Assembly (NCBI GenBank): GCA_037447605.1
Contig: CM074813.1
Span: 806,001 to 870,000 of the forward strand
Length of the DNA: 64,000 bases
DNA from: Zygnema circumcarinatum SAG 698-1b
Taxonomy: Eukaryota; Plantae; Zygnematophyceae
Direction: 5' to 3'
A program made the position numbers and the translations under genes. The notes under the pieces were generated by a model that searched no databases, was not told the DNA's origin, and saw only the letters and a program-made list of their open reading frames with translations. Shown here piece by piece: positions 42,111 through 54,327 of this stretch. Each line of letters begins with the position of its first letter. The first letter of the stretch is position 1.

Positions 42111-45100
42111 CTACCCTTTGTTGCCAGCACCTGAGATCCACCTGAAGAAAGCGGAGCAGGTCCACCACAGGATCAACGCCATTCCCAAAAGCACAAAAGC
42201 TTGAATCTCCGCGAAGGGTCGAAGGTTAACCCGCCACCCGCGCTGCCTTGCTTGATCTCGGGCCCAAATCAGAATTGGATACAAACGCACTTCCAAATAC
42301 TGCCAGCAGCGAAACCCAAAATTTACAACCTCGCGCAGCTGAACCCTGTAGTCCCTTAAACCCTCAACGCCCCCTGTTCCATGGTCTCCGTTCCGTAAAG
42401 CTGTCTCCTCACTCACCCCGTCTCCCTCCCTCTCCCCCGCTCTCTCTCTCTCTCGTCTGCACCGCAAGCCCTCTCCCGCTCTCTCTCCCTCCCTCTCGCG
42501 CTCACTCTCCTCCTCTGTCGACCTCTCACCATCCCTCCTCACTCCCTCTCCCTCTCCCTCCTCGCCTCTCCTCCCACCTTGCTCCCCTCTCTCCCTCTCC
42601 TCTTCGGACGCTTGAACCTGCTCACCTCCTTCCCTCTCCGCGTATTCTCCCAACCCTAAGCGCTCATTTAGTCGGTCAGATAAGTCGACTAAAAACCGAA
42701 CCAAGAATGGGATTTCGTTAGGCTGAATCGGTCTCCTCATGTAATCTCCCCTATACTTCACCTCGTCAACAGTATGCCTCCGAATTCGTATCCCAACCTT
42801 CCTCCCCTCTCCCGCTCCCACATCCGTCTCTCTCTTCCTCTCCCTCTCTCGCTCTCTCTCTCTCTCTCCCACCTCATTCCCTGCTCGAGCTGCTGTACTA
42901 ACCGTAACAAGCTCTTTGATTCGTCCGATTTTTCCCCAACCCCCCCAGCCCCGTTCCGTGGACGTCAGTCCCCGTCCTCCAACGGAATCCGTTGAACTGC
43001 GACCCATGGATCCTCCTGGAGCTCCGTTGCTCGCGGATATTGCTCGAATTTCAAATGGAACATTGAAAACTTGTTGGGCAGCTTCTTTGACATTTTTCAG
43101 CAGTTCATCGCTTTTTCCGGGCGTGTTATTATTAGCGAGTTCAAGTTCAGCGCGGTTCAACAAAGCCTGAAAAAAAAAAAAAAAAAAAAAAAGAGGGACG
43201 GTCTCCGGGAGAGTTTTAGGGCTATTGAAAAAACTCGGGTTGGTCTTAAGCTTTCGAGTTTTAGGAATATCAGGGAATTCTGAAAACTCGGTTTTTCTGA
43301 ATAATCTGAGTCTCAGTCCTCATTTTAGGAAAAAAAAAAGAAATCTCTCTTTCTCTACCCTCTTCCCCCTCCTTCACCCCTTTCTCCCCCTTTTGCTATT
43401 TTGCATGTTCTTTCCCAAACTTTGTCAAAGAAAATTCCCACAAACCTGCAGGTGTTGGGCAGCTCCGCCGGTTTTTGAAAACAAACGAAAAGTCGGAGGT
43501 TTTGAAACCTGCACAGAGGGGAGAGACTCTCCCTCTCCTCCCATTTCCGTACACTCCCACTCCTGCATTCGGCATCCAGGGTTTAGGGGTTTAGGGTTTT
43601 AGGATTTAGGGTTCGAAGCTTTCAGTGAGGCTAGTTTTTGGGATTTAGGGTTCTGGGTGCTTCGAGGTTTTAGGGTTTAAGCCGCCAAAGTTCGGAAAGT
43701 TTTAGGGTTTTCGGGCTTCACATTTCTTAGGGTTTTGAAGTGGAATTTGTCCGCCTGCGTTTTTGGGAGATTCCGAGATTTTATATTTTTGGGCTTCCCG
43801 CATTTTGCGGTTTTGAGGCCTCATAAGAAGGGCAATAAGAAATCCAAAAAATCCCAAAATAACATATTTATATACCTATCTATTTACCTCAATTTTTTCC
43901 TTTATAGCGGGCAGCCAGTCCAAAAATATTTTTCCGCGGGGGCTGCGCTGGAAAGGGCTCGCCGTGCTGCTCTGGAGTTCCGCCATTTCCACGTTTTTCA
44001 AAACCTCCAAAAGTTGAGGCGACGATTGGAACACAGTCAACACCTGGAAAAAAAAAAAAAAACAAATATATAAAGTAAACCCACATCATTAATCATTAGC
44101 TTAAAAACTATTAATAGTTTTTAGGGTTTAGGGTTCTCCAATAGCTCGAAACCCCTTAAACCTCACCCCAGAACCCTAACCCTAAAACCCCAAACTCTGG
44201 AACCTAAAACCCCAGAACACCAAAACCTAAGACCCTAAACCCTAAACCTTATAACCCAAGAATCCTTACTCCTAAAATCTTACACCATAAAACCTAAGAC
44301 TCTAAACCCTAACACCTAAAACCCCAGAACCATAACTCCTAAACCCTAAACCCCAAACTTAAAACTTCAGAACCCTAATTCCTAAAACCCTAAGGCCTAA
44401 AACCTTCAACCACAGAACTCTTAACTCCTAAAACTTTAAACACTAAGCCGTATACCCTAACATCCTGGATCCAAAAACCCTAAACTCTAGACCCTGAACC
44501 CAGAACCCTAAAATGTTAAAACCCTATGCCTTAAACCCTAAGACCTAAAACTAAACCTTAACCCTAACCCTAAAATTCTATACCCTAACCCTTAACCTAA
44601 AAACCCTAAAACCCTAAACCCTACCCCCCAGCCCCTCACCTTGAGCGCCGCGTGCAGCATGAGGTCCGCATCCACCGCCGTATTGGCGCTCGCAAAATCC
44701 AAAAAATGCAAAACCAGATTATTGTAGAACGGATAGTTCGCCAACACATAGGACTGCCACGTGGCTGCGTACTGCCCAATGGGAGTTTCACTTCTGTCGG
44801 ACTCGTCCCTGCCTCCTCTCTCTCCTCTCTCTTTCTCTCCTCTCTCTTTCTCTCCTCTCTCTCCCTTCTCTCTCTTCTCTCTCTCTCCTCTCTCTTTCAC
44901 TCCCCCTTTCTCTTCCAAACTCCGTTTTTTGTCCTCATTTTCGGGAACAGTTTTCCATGGCTCCAAATACACAATCCACATGTCAATTATTCGAAGAATC
45001 CGTAAAATCTGCCATTCTTGTGACCACGCATTTTTGAATGCTCGAAGAAAGAATCGGTACAGCGGTCGCTGGATCATTGAGAACGGCGACACAGAAACGG

Positions 45101-48100
45101 GCGGAGGAGTACCCCTTCTGTCATCATGTAAAAAAACCGAATTTGAAGATTTCAAATTTGCATTTATTCGGGCAACCGATTCGAAGCTGCTGATTGGCCA
45201 AACCGGTGGGGAATCAGCAGGGCCGGAAATTGGAGACGAAAAAAATACCGATCGGTTAGGCGAAAAAAGTTTAGTGGGAGTCAAAAGTTCAGTCCCGATA
45301 GGCTGATATCCTGCTTCCAAGTTGCTGTTCAAACTGTCAATGTTCACATTTATACTCGTGATTAGGGTTGTTTGCAAATCCGTACAATTTTCCGAGGGGG
45401 GTCGAACTCTATAGATAGTAGATACTGGGAATGGATCCATACGCCCTCCTGCCGCCTGGGAAAAAAAAAAAGGGGACCCAAAAACCCAACGACCCAAAAA
45501 TGAATTATTTAGAAAAAAAAATATAACATTTTTTAAGCTTCGAGACAAAGCCATCAATATTCGAATAAAGGCAGAAATTTAGCCTGCAGATCCTGCAGGT
45601 TGGGGGGGGGGGGAAGGGTGGGGGAGGGGTGGGTGGGGTGAGAGCGAGTGAGAGAGAGAGAGCGAGCTATAAGGCCCTATAAGGAGAGATAGAAAGAGAG
45701 AGAGAGAGAGACAGAGAGAGAGAGAGCCACCTGCGCCAGTTTGTGAAGTTCAAATTTGGACAAGTACATGGGATTCGGATCGTCTTGAATGAACCAAAAA
45801 TCGATCAAAGTTGTGAGCAGAATGTCTCCATGTGATGGTCGAGTTTCCATCAACCTCAGATTGCCGCCCGACCCAACATTTGACATGAACGGTTTGGAGT
45901 CTGAGGGCCACGAAGATTGCTGAGGTGGCTCTGAGTTCAACTTCGGCGGGAAAAGGAAAAAAATTAGGTATTGGAGGAGGAGTTCTTTGTAAGGATTCCG
46001 TTTGGATTTTCCTGGGGAATGAAGCCCTGCAGTTGAAAAAATTAGTTATCATATTAGTCAGTCATGGTATATTAGCTAGTCAATTGGTCAGTTAGTTTAG
46101 AGTCTTTGAGTTGTGAATTGCTGCTGGGTAAAACAAGTACAGGAAAAAGCACAAAGGTGTGAACCTGGCAGGGCCGAAGCCCAGCTTTGGAACTGAGACC
46201 GGAGAGGCGTTCGCATAGTGTGAACGGGCGAGGAAGCGGATCCGGATTTTTTGCCACCACCTTTGGGTTCGGTGTCTTTGACAATAGGAAAATACGCAAA
46301 CCAGAACATGTAGTACTCAAACAGGTCCAGTTGGATCTGCAGGAGGAGAGAGAAAGAGAGAGAGAGAGGACGAGGGGAAAGGAAACGAGGGAGAGAAAAA
46401 GAGAGAGATGGGGGAGAGCGAGAGAGACACGGGGGTGCCGAGAGAGGGAGAGAGAAGTAGAAAGATCAAGAGCGGAGAGAAAGAGAAAAGGAGGGGAGTA
46501 GGAGAGCGGAGGAGACGATTGGGAGAGAGGGGAGGACAGAGGGAGACAAAAGGCACCGAAGATGAGAGAGAGGGGTGAGGAGAGGGAAGGAACAGCGAGA
46601 GAAGGGAGGAGGAGGCAGTGTTAGTCAAAACTGTCACTGAAGAAGATACTGAAGATTCTCTTTCCCTTTCTTTTAGGGTTTTCTTCTCCTTCCTTTCTGA
46701 GGTGGTTTTACGTTATTCAAGCTGAAGCTCACATAAACATTCAAGTTCAAATTCAAATTCCAGATCAGGCGCAAAACTCAAATTTAAGCATACGAAAATC
46801 TACTCAGAAGTAAAGTTCCCCAGTCTTACTGGCCGATATCTCTCCCCTGTTATACGGTGTTTGTATAACGGAAATTTCTGACATAGAACCTCCGTTTCCG
46901 CCTCGGACGCGAGCTGGCGCTGAACAAAGTCCGGAAGCCGATTGGCCGGAAAGTAAAACCGCACTCCGTCTTTTTCCGCCGCCAAAAGGCGCTGCGCAGG
47001 ACAGGACAAATACGTCAGGGTTTAGGGTTTAGGGTGTCTAGGGTGTAGGGTGTAGGGTGTAGGGTGTAGGGTGTAGGGTGTAGGGTGTAGGGTGTAGGGT
47101 GTAGGGTGTAGGGTGTAGGGTGTAGGGTGTAGGGTGTAGGGTGTAGGGTGTAGGGTGTAGGGTGTAGGGTGTAGGGTGTAGTGTAGGGGTGTAGGGTGTA
47201 GGGTGTAGGGTGTAGGGTGTAGGGTGTAGGGTGTAGGGTGTAGGGTGTAGGGTGTAGGGTGCTTAGGGTGTAGGGTGTGTAGGGGTGTAGGGTGTAGGGT
47301 GTAGGGTGTAGGGTGTAGGGTGTAGGGTGTAGGGTGTGCAGGGGTGTAGGGTGTAGGGTTTAGGGTGTAGGGTTTAGGGTGTAGGGTGTAGGGTTTAGGG
47401 TGTAGGGTGTAGGGTGTAGGGTGTAGTGTGTAGGGTGTAGGGTGTATGGTGTAGGGTGTAGGGTAGGGTGTAGGGTGTAGGGTGTAGGGTGTAGGGTGTA
47501 GGTGTAGGGTGTAGGGTGTAGGGTGTAGGTGTAGGTGTAGGGTGTAGGGTGTAGGTGTAGGTGGGTGTAGGTGTAGGGTGGGGTGTAGGGTGTAGGGTGT
47601 GGAGGGTGGAGGGTGTAGGGTGTAGGGTGGAGGGTGTAGGGTGTAGGGTGTAGGGTGTAGGGTGTAGGGTGTAAGGTGTAGGGTGTAGGGTGTAGGGTGT
47701 AGGGTGTAGGGTGTAGGGTGTAGGGTGTAGGGTGTAGGGTGTAGGGTGTAGGGTGTAGGGTGTAGGGTGTAGGCTGTAGGGTGTAGGCTGTAGGGTGTAG
47801 GGTGTAGGGTGTAGGGTGTAGGGTGTAGGGTGGACGGTGTAGGGTGTAGGGTTTAGAGTTTTGTAGGGTTTAAGGGTTATTAGGGTTAAGGAATTTGGAG
47901 GGTTTCCGGGCTCTCATAAAGAGTTCTTCTTCTGTCGCTTGAAGGTATCATGCATTTTATTTAGTTACAAAAAGTTTACTTGTTCGTTTTTGGTTTTTTT
48001 CGTTTCAAGTAAACGAAAATGCAACTTCATCTCAGTTTCTGATTTTCAGAATTTTGCGCTTACATTGAAGAGATTGCCAGTCGGTGAGAGAAGCTCTATG

Positions 48101-48748
48101 AGGGCGTTGGCATCGGCTTCGCCTCCGGATCTGGAGAGGGAACCGAAAAACAAAAATGGGCAAATATGAAAAAAAAATTGAAGAAAATGGAATATACTTT
48201 TAAAATAAGGAAAACTTTCAAAGGCAAAAGAATGTCTACTGAAAAAAAAAAAACGTAATAACGTAATGTGGGAAAAAAAAAATCTTCACCTGTTTGCAGC
48301 GCTGAGCCACCCCACGACGGAGGAAGGCTCTCCTCCTTCAAGTCCAAAAATTTTTCTCAACAGAACAGGAAAAATATCCTGCTTCGCAAAAATGTACACA
48401 AAACAATGATCAATGATCACCAATGATCATGATGATCATTGTCATCATTATGTTACAATGATATTATATAACATATGTATGTATACTCATATGTATACTC
48501 ATGAAATCTCAATTTCAAAAGCAGTCTTGTTCTTTTTTTTTTTTCTATATCCCTCTCTTCTAGCCTTCAAACAAGCAAAAATCTGGATCTGAAAAAGCAA
48601 AATCTGGACAGACCTTGAAAAAGAGCTGAGAAAGGTGGCTGTGCTCGTTCAGAAAATTTTGAATTTCTTTACAGCCCGCCGCCGCCGAGTTGCACCGTAA
48701 AATCGAACTTTTGAGGTTATCCACGGAGGCCACATCCTGGCCGTACAT
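42111..48748 (-). CDS. SMPD4: Sphingomyelin phosphodiesterase 4-like (SMPD4/mit_SMPDase family) protein, at least 10 exons
   Basis: Exons 48748-48614, 48378-48290, 48130-48064, 46991-46830, 46336-46165, 46011-45731, 45455-44640, 44043-43888, 43508-43446, 43166-42111, all in phase. Plant-homolog motifs FEYYMFWFAYFP, LIDFW, QRPLYRFFLRAF, YLEPW, WQSYVLANYPFY, NRAELEL, VKYRGDYMRRPI..NEI, RGWRVNLR and a C-terminal TM segment. Confidence 0.9.
44120..44630 (+). repeat. Degenerate CCCTAAA tract in SMPD4 intron 7, starting at the splice donor
   Basis: Directly visible; G-rich on the transcribed sense strand. Confidence 0.9.
47017..47890 (+). repeat. (TGTAGGG)n heptamer array of roughly 115-120 units, flanked by TTTAGGG, in SMPD4 intron 3
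   Basis: Near-perfect 7-mer array filling about 80% of the 1072-bp intron. Confidence 0.97.
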
Positions 48749-49237
48749 TTGTGCCCCAGAAACCCTAAAACCCTAAAACCCTACAACTCTAAAACCCCTG
48801 AACCCCTCAGATCGCTCTCAAGACCCAAAAAAATCCTCCAATCCTTGAACTCTGAAACTCAAAGTCACAACACTTTACCTATTTACAAGAGTTAAAACCC
48901 TGCGTGTCCTAAACCCCTAAAACCGTAAAACTCTAAAACCCTACCTGCAAGAAGGCCTTTCTCTAGCCCTGACGCTGCTCTACGACCTGGCGCTCCTGGA
49001 AATCCTGAACCCTAAACCCTAACCGAACCCCCGAGGCTGAAGCTTGAAGCTTGAAGGCTGAGCTCACATAGCTAAAACCCGAAACCCTCAGAAGGGGAGG
49101 GAGCTTCAAAGGACGAAGCTTCGAATCCGTTGGCGGGCGATTCAAAAATGTTGGAAAGGCGCAGAAATCAAAACGCAGAAACTAAAACCAACAAGTTTCT
49201 GGGTTTTTGAACTTTTGAACGTTGAGGGCCAAAGCCA

Positions 49238-49515
49238 GTACTGTATATCGAATCGTGATATATCCAAGACAATATATCGTATCGTAAACCGTATTGGCTT
49301 CTCGGTACAAAACCGATCATACCGTTACCAATACGATACTATCGTACAACGACCTTTTACGGGTAGCTTCAAGAATGTTTTCAGAAGGGATAAAAATATA
49401 TATATATATTTTCGGGCAGTACCCAAAAAGTATTTTGAGAAGAATAGCATGGATAGAAACAAGTACTTGTCAAGCTAAATTCCTTATATTAGCCAATTCA
49501 AGGAGTACACGTGGC
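49238..49515 (+). promoter_or_regulatory. Divergent promoter region (SMPD4 / DUF2408) with six GTAC cores and CCAAT-N10-CACGTGGC
   Basis: GTAC at 49238, 49305, 49344, 49419, 49463, 49505; CCAAT 49493-49497 and CACG 49508-49511. Confidence 0.5.
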
Positions 49516-49753
49516 ATATTAAAAACGTGTCGAACAAAACAAACGTTAAACAAACTTCACTTGCGTCTCAAAGCTCACCGCGGTCCGATATTTAAGAAAA
49601 TAAACGTTTCCACCGCCCTGCCCGATGCCAGCGGGGATCGGCGCATGCAGGGACATGCCAGCGCGCCGCTTCTGGAAGACCCGTCGGATGCTCCGCTCGC
49701 TCTGTCACTCCGCTCTCGCTCTCCCCCCTTCGCCCTCTCCCCCCCTTCCTCTC

Positions 49754-49796
<43 letters not shown>

Positions 49797-49807
49797 TCCC
49801 CGCAACC

Positions 49808-52281
49808 ATGGCGCAGGCGCAACAAGAGACTTTGCAGACGTCCCCTCCACGAGAGTGGGCGGAGATGGCTCCTGAAGTGCGCGAAATTTACAGCTCTCTT
49901 GTGGGCATCAGGTCGGCTCTTCAACAAAAATATTCAAAAAATGTATAAGGATATAGCCACCATGAGTGGCGTGATGGTTTCTAAACCGGATACTCCTTTC
50001 CCCCTTTCGTATATCTTTTATTTTCTTAACTATTCTATTTGATTTCTTTGATCGTCTGCTGCAGGAAGCGGCTGCAGTACTTCAAGGAGCGGTCCGAGCC
50101 CCACACAATGGACGACCTGCGCCACTACCAGCAGATGCTGGACGCCATCGACAGCCGCCGGAAGGACGGCATCTTCGGAGGCTCTCTTCAGAAGGGCGTC
50201 ATTCCGCCCGGGCAGGCTGCGTGCTACGAAGTGCGGCCCATTCTTTTTTTTTTTCATACATCTAAGAAGTTTTTTTCTTTTTTTGTTTTTTGCTGCAACT
50301 GGAACGGATGTGAAGCAACTGACGAGGTCAAGCTCCGATTGGACGAATAATCCCGCTCCCTCTCTCCCTTCCTCCTCCCCTTCCCCTCTCCCCTCCCCCT
50401 CCCCCTCCCCCTCCTCCTAGTGTTAGTATGTGTCAGCTCCTGTCTACGCTTTTGCGTATGTTCTTTCCACAACTGGATGACATATAGACTCTATCGCGTT
50501 TATTCATCTTAATCGTGCAGGTGATGGACGAGGCGTACGACATATTGGACGAGCTGATAAGCACCGCCCTCCCCCTTGAGCCCTCCGTCCTGGCCGTACA
50601 GGCGGAGCTCACAGGGATCGCAAGGCGCCTCGCGCGGCTCAGGGGGTCGGACTACACCTTTGAAGACCTGCGCTTCTACGAGCAGGTTGTATGGACTCGA
50701 CCGTTTTCACACAACATGTGAACATATAGGGAAGAGAATCTCCTGGAGTTAGAAAGCTAGGTTGGGATTTTAGATCTTTTGGCCAATTTCCTTTCCTCAT
50801 TTCTTTCTACGATTGTTTGTCGCATGTCAGAGGGATCACTTTCTTGATGTTGTACGTTCAATAAGTTTTGTTAAAAAGTCCTGTTAGCTGTACATGCAGG
50901 CTGTTTCATAGTATGTTCTCCGTTTTGTTGCTAAGTTTGTTACCTCTTTTTTCAATACTTTGACACGTGCATGCAGATGGTCAATGCGGTCGACCGCGCT
51001 CGAGTTGACGGAATATTCTGCGGCTCTCCCCAGACACGTGTCCCTGCGGGACAGGCCCAATGCTCGGAGCTTCTTTCGCAGTGCTACGGTGCCTCAGTTT
51101 GACCTTTTTAATCATTCGTTTCATTTCGTTTTTCATAGTTTCCGCTGTTTAAAATACCAGTGTATTTGCGCGATTTTCAGCAGCAACACACATGCATATG
51201 ATGAAAGTGCTGTAGGTCCATTGGCGTTACTGTTTTTTTGTTTTTTTTGGTTTTTTTTTGTTGTTCTTATTCGCCTGTTTTGCTGAGTTGTGAATGCAGC
51301 CCTCCTGGAAGAACTGAAGCCCTCCGCACAGCACACGGAGAAGCCGCTACTTGAAATTTACGACCGGCTGCTCGAGCTGAGGTCAGCTGGAGGCATCAGA
51401 TAGTCAAAAAACGCGGCAATCAATTTTCTGCTGCAAACTGCCAAATCGCTAAACAGAAATTTAGGTTTAGGTATAGAAATTTAGGTTTGCAGAGAGATCG
51501 ATTCGACCACAAAGTGGTCGCATTAAGCTGATTGTAATTGTTTCTGCAATGTGATGGTCTGCAGGGAAAATCTGCGGGTGATGAAACGCACTCCTGAACA
51601 GTTTTCTGTCAAAGAAGTGAAGGATGTGGAGGGAGAACTCGACGCCATCGACGAGAAAAAAGTAGACGGCGTCTATGGCGGCTCGTCGCACCATGTCCCT
51701 TCGGGGCAGCATGTCGTGCAGGTCAGTTCGTAACTATTCAACTTTACGAAGGGCGTGATTTTACAAAGGATATGATTTTACAAAGTGTTGACTCCACACA
51801 ATAATTGACTTTGAATCACCTTCGTAGTTCCTTCCCTCCTGTATGTCATTGATTCTGCTTCACGAAGTTCTTTACGAAGAACATGTCGTTTCGATTAGCT
51901 TTACTTTCCTTGGGATCTTTCAAATGTGACTTAGATAGAGATTCATTCTTGATGTGAATGACTTTATGAAGGATATGATTTTAGGGTTTGACTCGACTAA
52001 GGGTTTCAGTACTTCTCAGCATCTTCCTTACCCCTTTGTCTATGCCATTGTTTCTACTTCCCTGTTTGAAGCACGATGTGAATTCATTTATTATTGTTTT
52101 AGGATGACAGTTATTGAGGAATTGAGAAGTTCCTCGAAACCCTAAAAGATCCGGAAATTTGCCTTGTCTTTCAATTCCTTGTTTTCAGCACATCATGTCA
52201 TCCTGCCGCAAGCTGGTACGGCAGCTGAAGGAGTACTTCGCAAGAAGGCTCAGGGAGGCAGGAGAGGGAGAACAGAAGTAG
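49808..52281 (+). CDS. DUF2408 / CUB1-like (UPF0662) protein with three internal repeats, 7 exons
   Basis: Exons 49808-49911, 50065-50230, 50521-50685, 50977-51088, 51300-51381, 51565-51721, 52189-52281, all in phase. The motif LDAIDSRRKDGIFGG..IPPGQA recurs as VNAVDRARVDGIFCG..VPAGQA and LDAIDEKKVDGVYGG..VPSGQH, resembling the fungal DUF2408 repeat (ID..RVDGKF...IP.GQ..L..LL..CY). Confidence 0.8.
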
Positions 52282-53311
52282 AGGAGGCCCTTCCCTTCCC
52301 TTCCTTTTAGCGCTCCTTGAAGCTCCTTTTGGAATCAGAGATGCACACTGTAAGGAGCAATTTGAAGGACTAAGCGGCCACCAGCTCAACTACAAGCAGA
52401 AATACGCTACAGAACTACAGCAACATGGTTTCATATAACAATTGGAGTCCTATATCACAGTACAAGCTGAGCATATGCTATGTCAGAGTGGAAGGGAAGT
52501 CTTGCAAATTTTGTGCGATGTGGCAGTATGTGCTCGTTGCCCCATACTATGCTCCATGTTGTGCTCCCATTTCATGAGAAGGGCCCCATGTCATGGCTCC
52601 CATGGCATGCAATGGAGGTCATCGCATGCCCACTTCAAGGGTTCAATATGTCATGGCTGCTTTATTGCATGGTGACCTCATGATGGCGTGATGGCTTTTC
52701 CTGCATTAGGTCTTGCAACAGCCATGGCGAGTCTACCATGGAGCCCCTCTCAGCATCTATGATGGCATGCTGAACTCAGCATCCCAACATGTTCCGGGAG
52801 CATGGGGTGGCCTTGAGGCCATGATTTAGGTTATCAGTATTGAGAATAGATAGGGTTCAGCGATAGAAATTGTGTAGTGAAATAGTGTATAGTAGGCAAA
52901 AGAATGCAGGGGCTCTCTCTCTCTCGCTCTCTCTCTCTCTCACACACAAAAACAGGCAGACCAGTAGGTATACAAAGCAGTCAGAGAAAGTCCAACGCAG
53001 ACAGGCTCCTGCTAAAGCGTCTCACGAAAATGTATTCGATTCGTAAAAAAAAGAAAAATGAATCATTCGTCTTGAAGAATAAACTAAAGGAATCAAATTA
53101 CGTACCTAGCGTACGACTTACTTTGTACAATAGACGAAACCCTCCTGAAAGAACAATCACTTTTTGTTTGCCTTCTTCCTTCTAACTTTTGCAGAGGTGG
53201 AAGAAGAGCCGTTCACACGGTCCTGAGAGGCCACCGCATCAAAACCAAGAGAAGGCTTTCGTGAAAATCGACTCACGCTTGCAAGGGATACTTCCCCATA
53301 CAGGCGCACAA

Positions 53312-53977
53312 CTATCGTAAAACATTTCTTAACTGAGGAAACAAATACGACACGCAAAAATACTATGGACGTAGCATGCTTCAATTGCACAAGACAGCGA
53401 ATGCGTATGCATGGAAAATTGCAGCTAACGTGACGAAATACTGACGTGGCTTAATATAAACAGGACCTTGCATGGATTAGAGGATCAAGTACCATAATCG
53501 GAACAGGTATTTCGCTTGCGGACGGATCTGCCGGCTTAGTTAGAAGCTTCCACGCTGAGTAGATTCCATACGCTGCATTCAGAACCCTACATTAAACATC
53601 CGGTTTATCATGCCTATGCAAAACAACAGCTTCAAAAACAGCTGAAGGGATTACAACTGTGAGGCATGCCTGGATGTATGTACTAATCCATGTATGCATG
53701 TATGCATGTACGGATGATGTACGCATGTATGGATGCATGTATGAATGTACGCATGTAAGGATGAATGCACGGATGTATGCATGGACGACTGACCTACATG
53801 AGACGCCATGACGAGGCACCAGAAGAGCAGCTCCATGTTCGACATCCCCGCGAACAGCGAGGCCCGCCGCCCTGCGCCACCCTCGGTCCCCTCCGGCCCG
53901 CCATGGCCGCCCGCCGCCGCGCCCGCCATGGCCAGGGCCAGGGCCAGAGCCTGCAGCAGGGGGGCCTCTCCGGGCAT
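53312..53977 (-). CDS. Predicted 83-aa small membrane protein, 3 exons, unknown family
   Basis: Exons 53977-53798 (180 nt), 53641-53591 (51 nt), 53332-53312 (21 nt), all phase 0 with GT-AG introns. Protein: MPGEAPLLQALALALAMAGAAAGG...MELLFWCLVMASHLFLKLLFCIGMINRMFNLRNVLR*. Confidence 0.6.
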
Positions 53978-54023
53978 GTTCTGGGGCTATTGCCAATCAG
54001 GCCTGCCTCGTGCGCAGGCTGCC

Positions 54024-54327
54024 TGACGTGGCGAGCTGCGAGCGAGTATTTCCCAATGGAAGAGTGCCACGTATATTTGCATCCACATGGCAATCCAATT
54101 GCCACCTCGACTTTTTGAAGGACGAGCTTGGAGGCTTGCCCCTGCTCTAGGGCCGTACTGTATGGTCATCCGTACATTGTGTTACAGAATCTGTAAAAAG
54201 TAAAAACTCCCGTTCGGTGACAGGCCGTACATCCAGTTTCCCCTTAAATATCTTCTGTACGGAGAAACCGTACAGTACCGTTAAAAACCCGAAGCCTACG
54301 AGTCTGAAAGGGCACTGTACAGTGTAC
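54024..54327 (+). promoter_or_regulatory. Divergent promoter region with TGACGTGG, CCAAT-N9-CCACG and eight GTAC cores
   Basis: TGACGTGG 54024-54031; CCAAT-N9-CCACG 54053-54071; GTAC at 54155, 54172, 54227, 54257, 54270, 54275, 54317, 54324. Confidence 0.5.

Noticed and set aside
47017-47890. True chromosome end or telomere fusion
   Set aside because: Flanked on both sides by in-phase exons of one gene, and there is no head-to-head inversion of the repeat.
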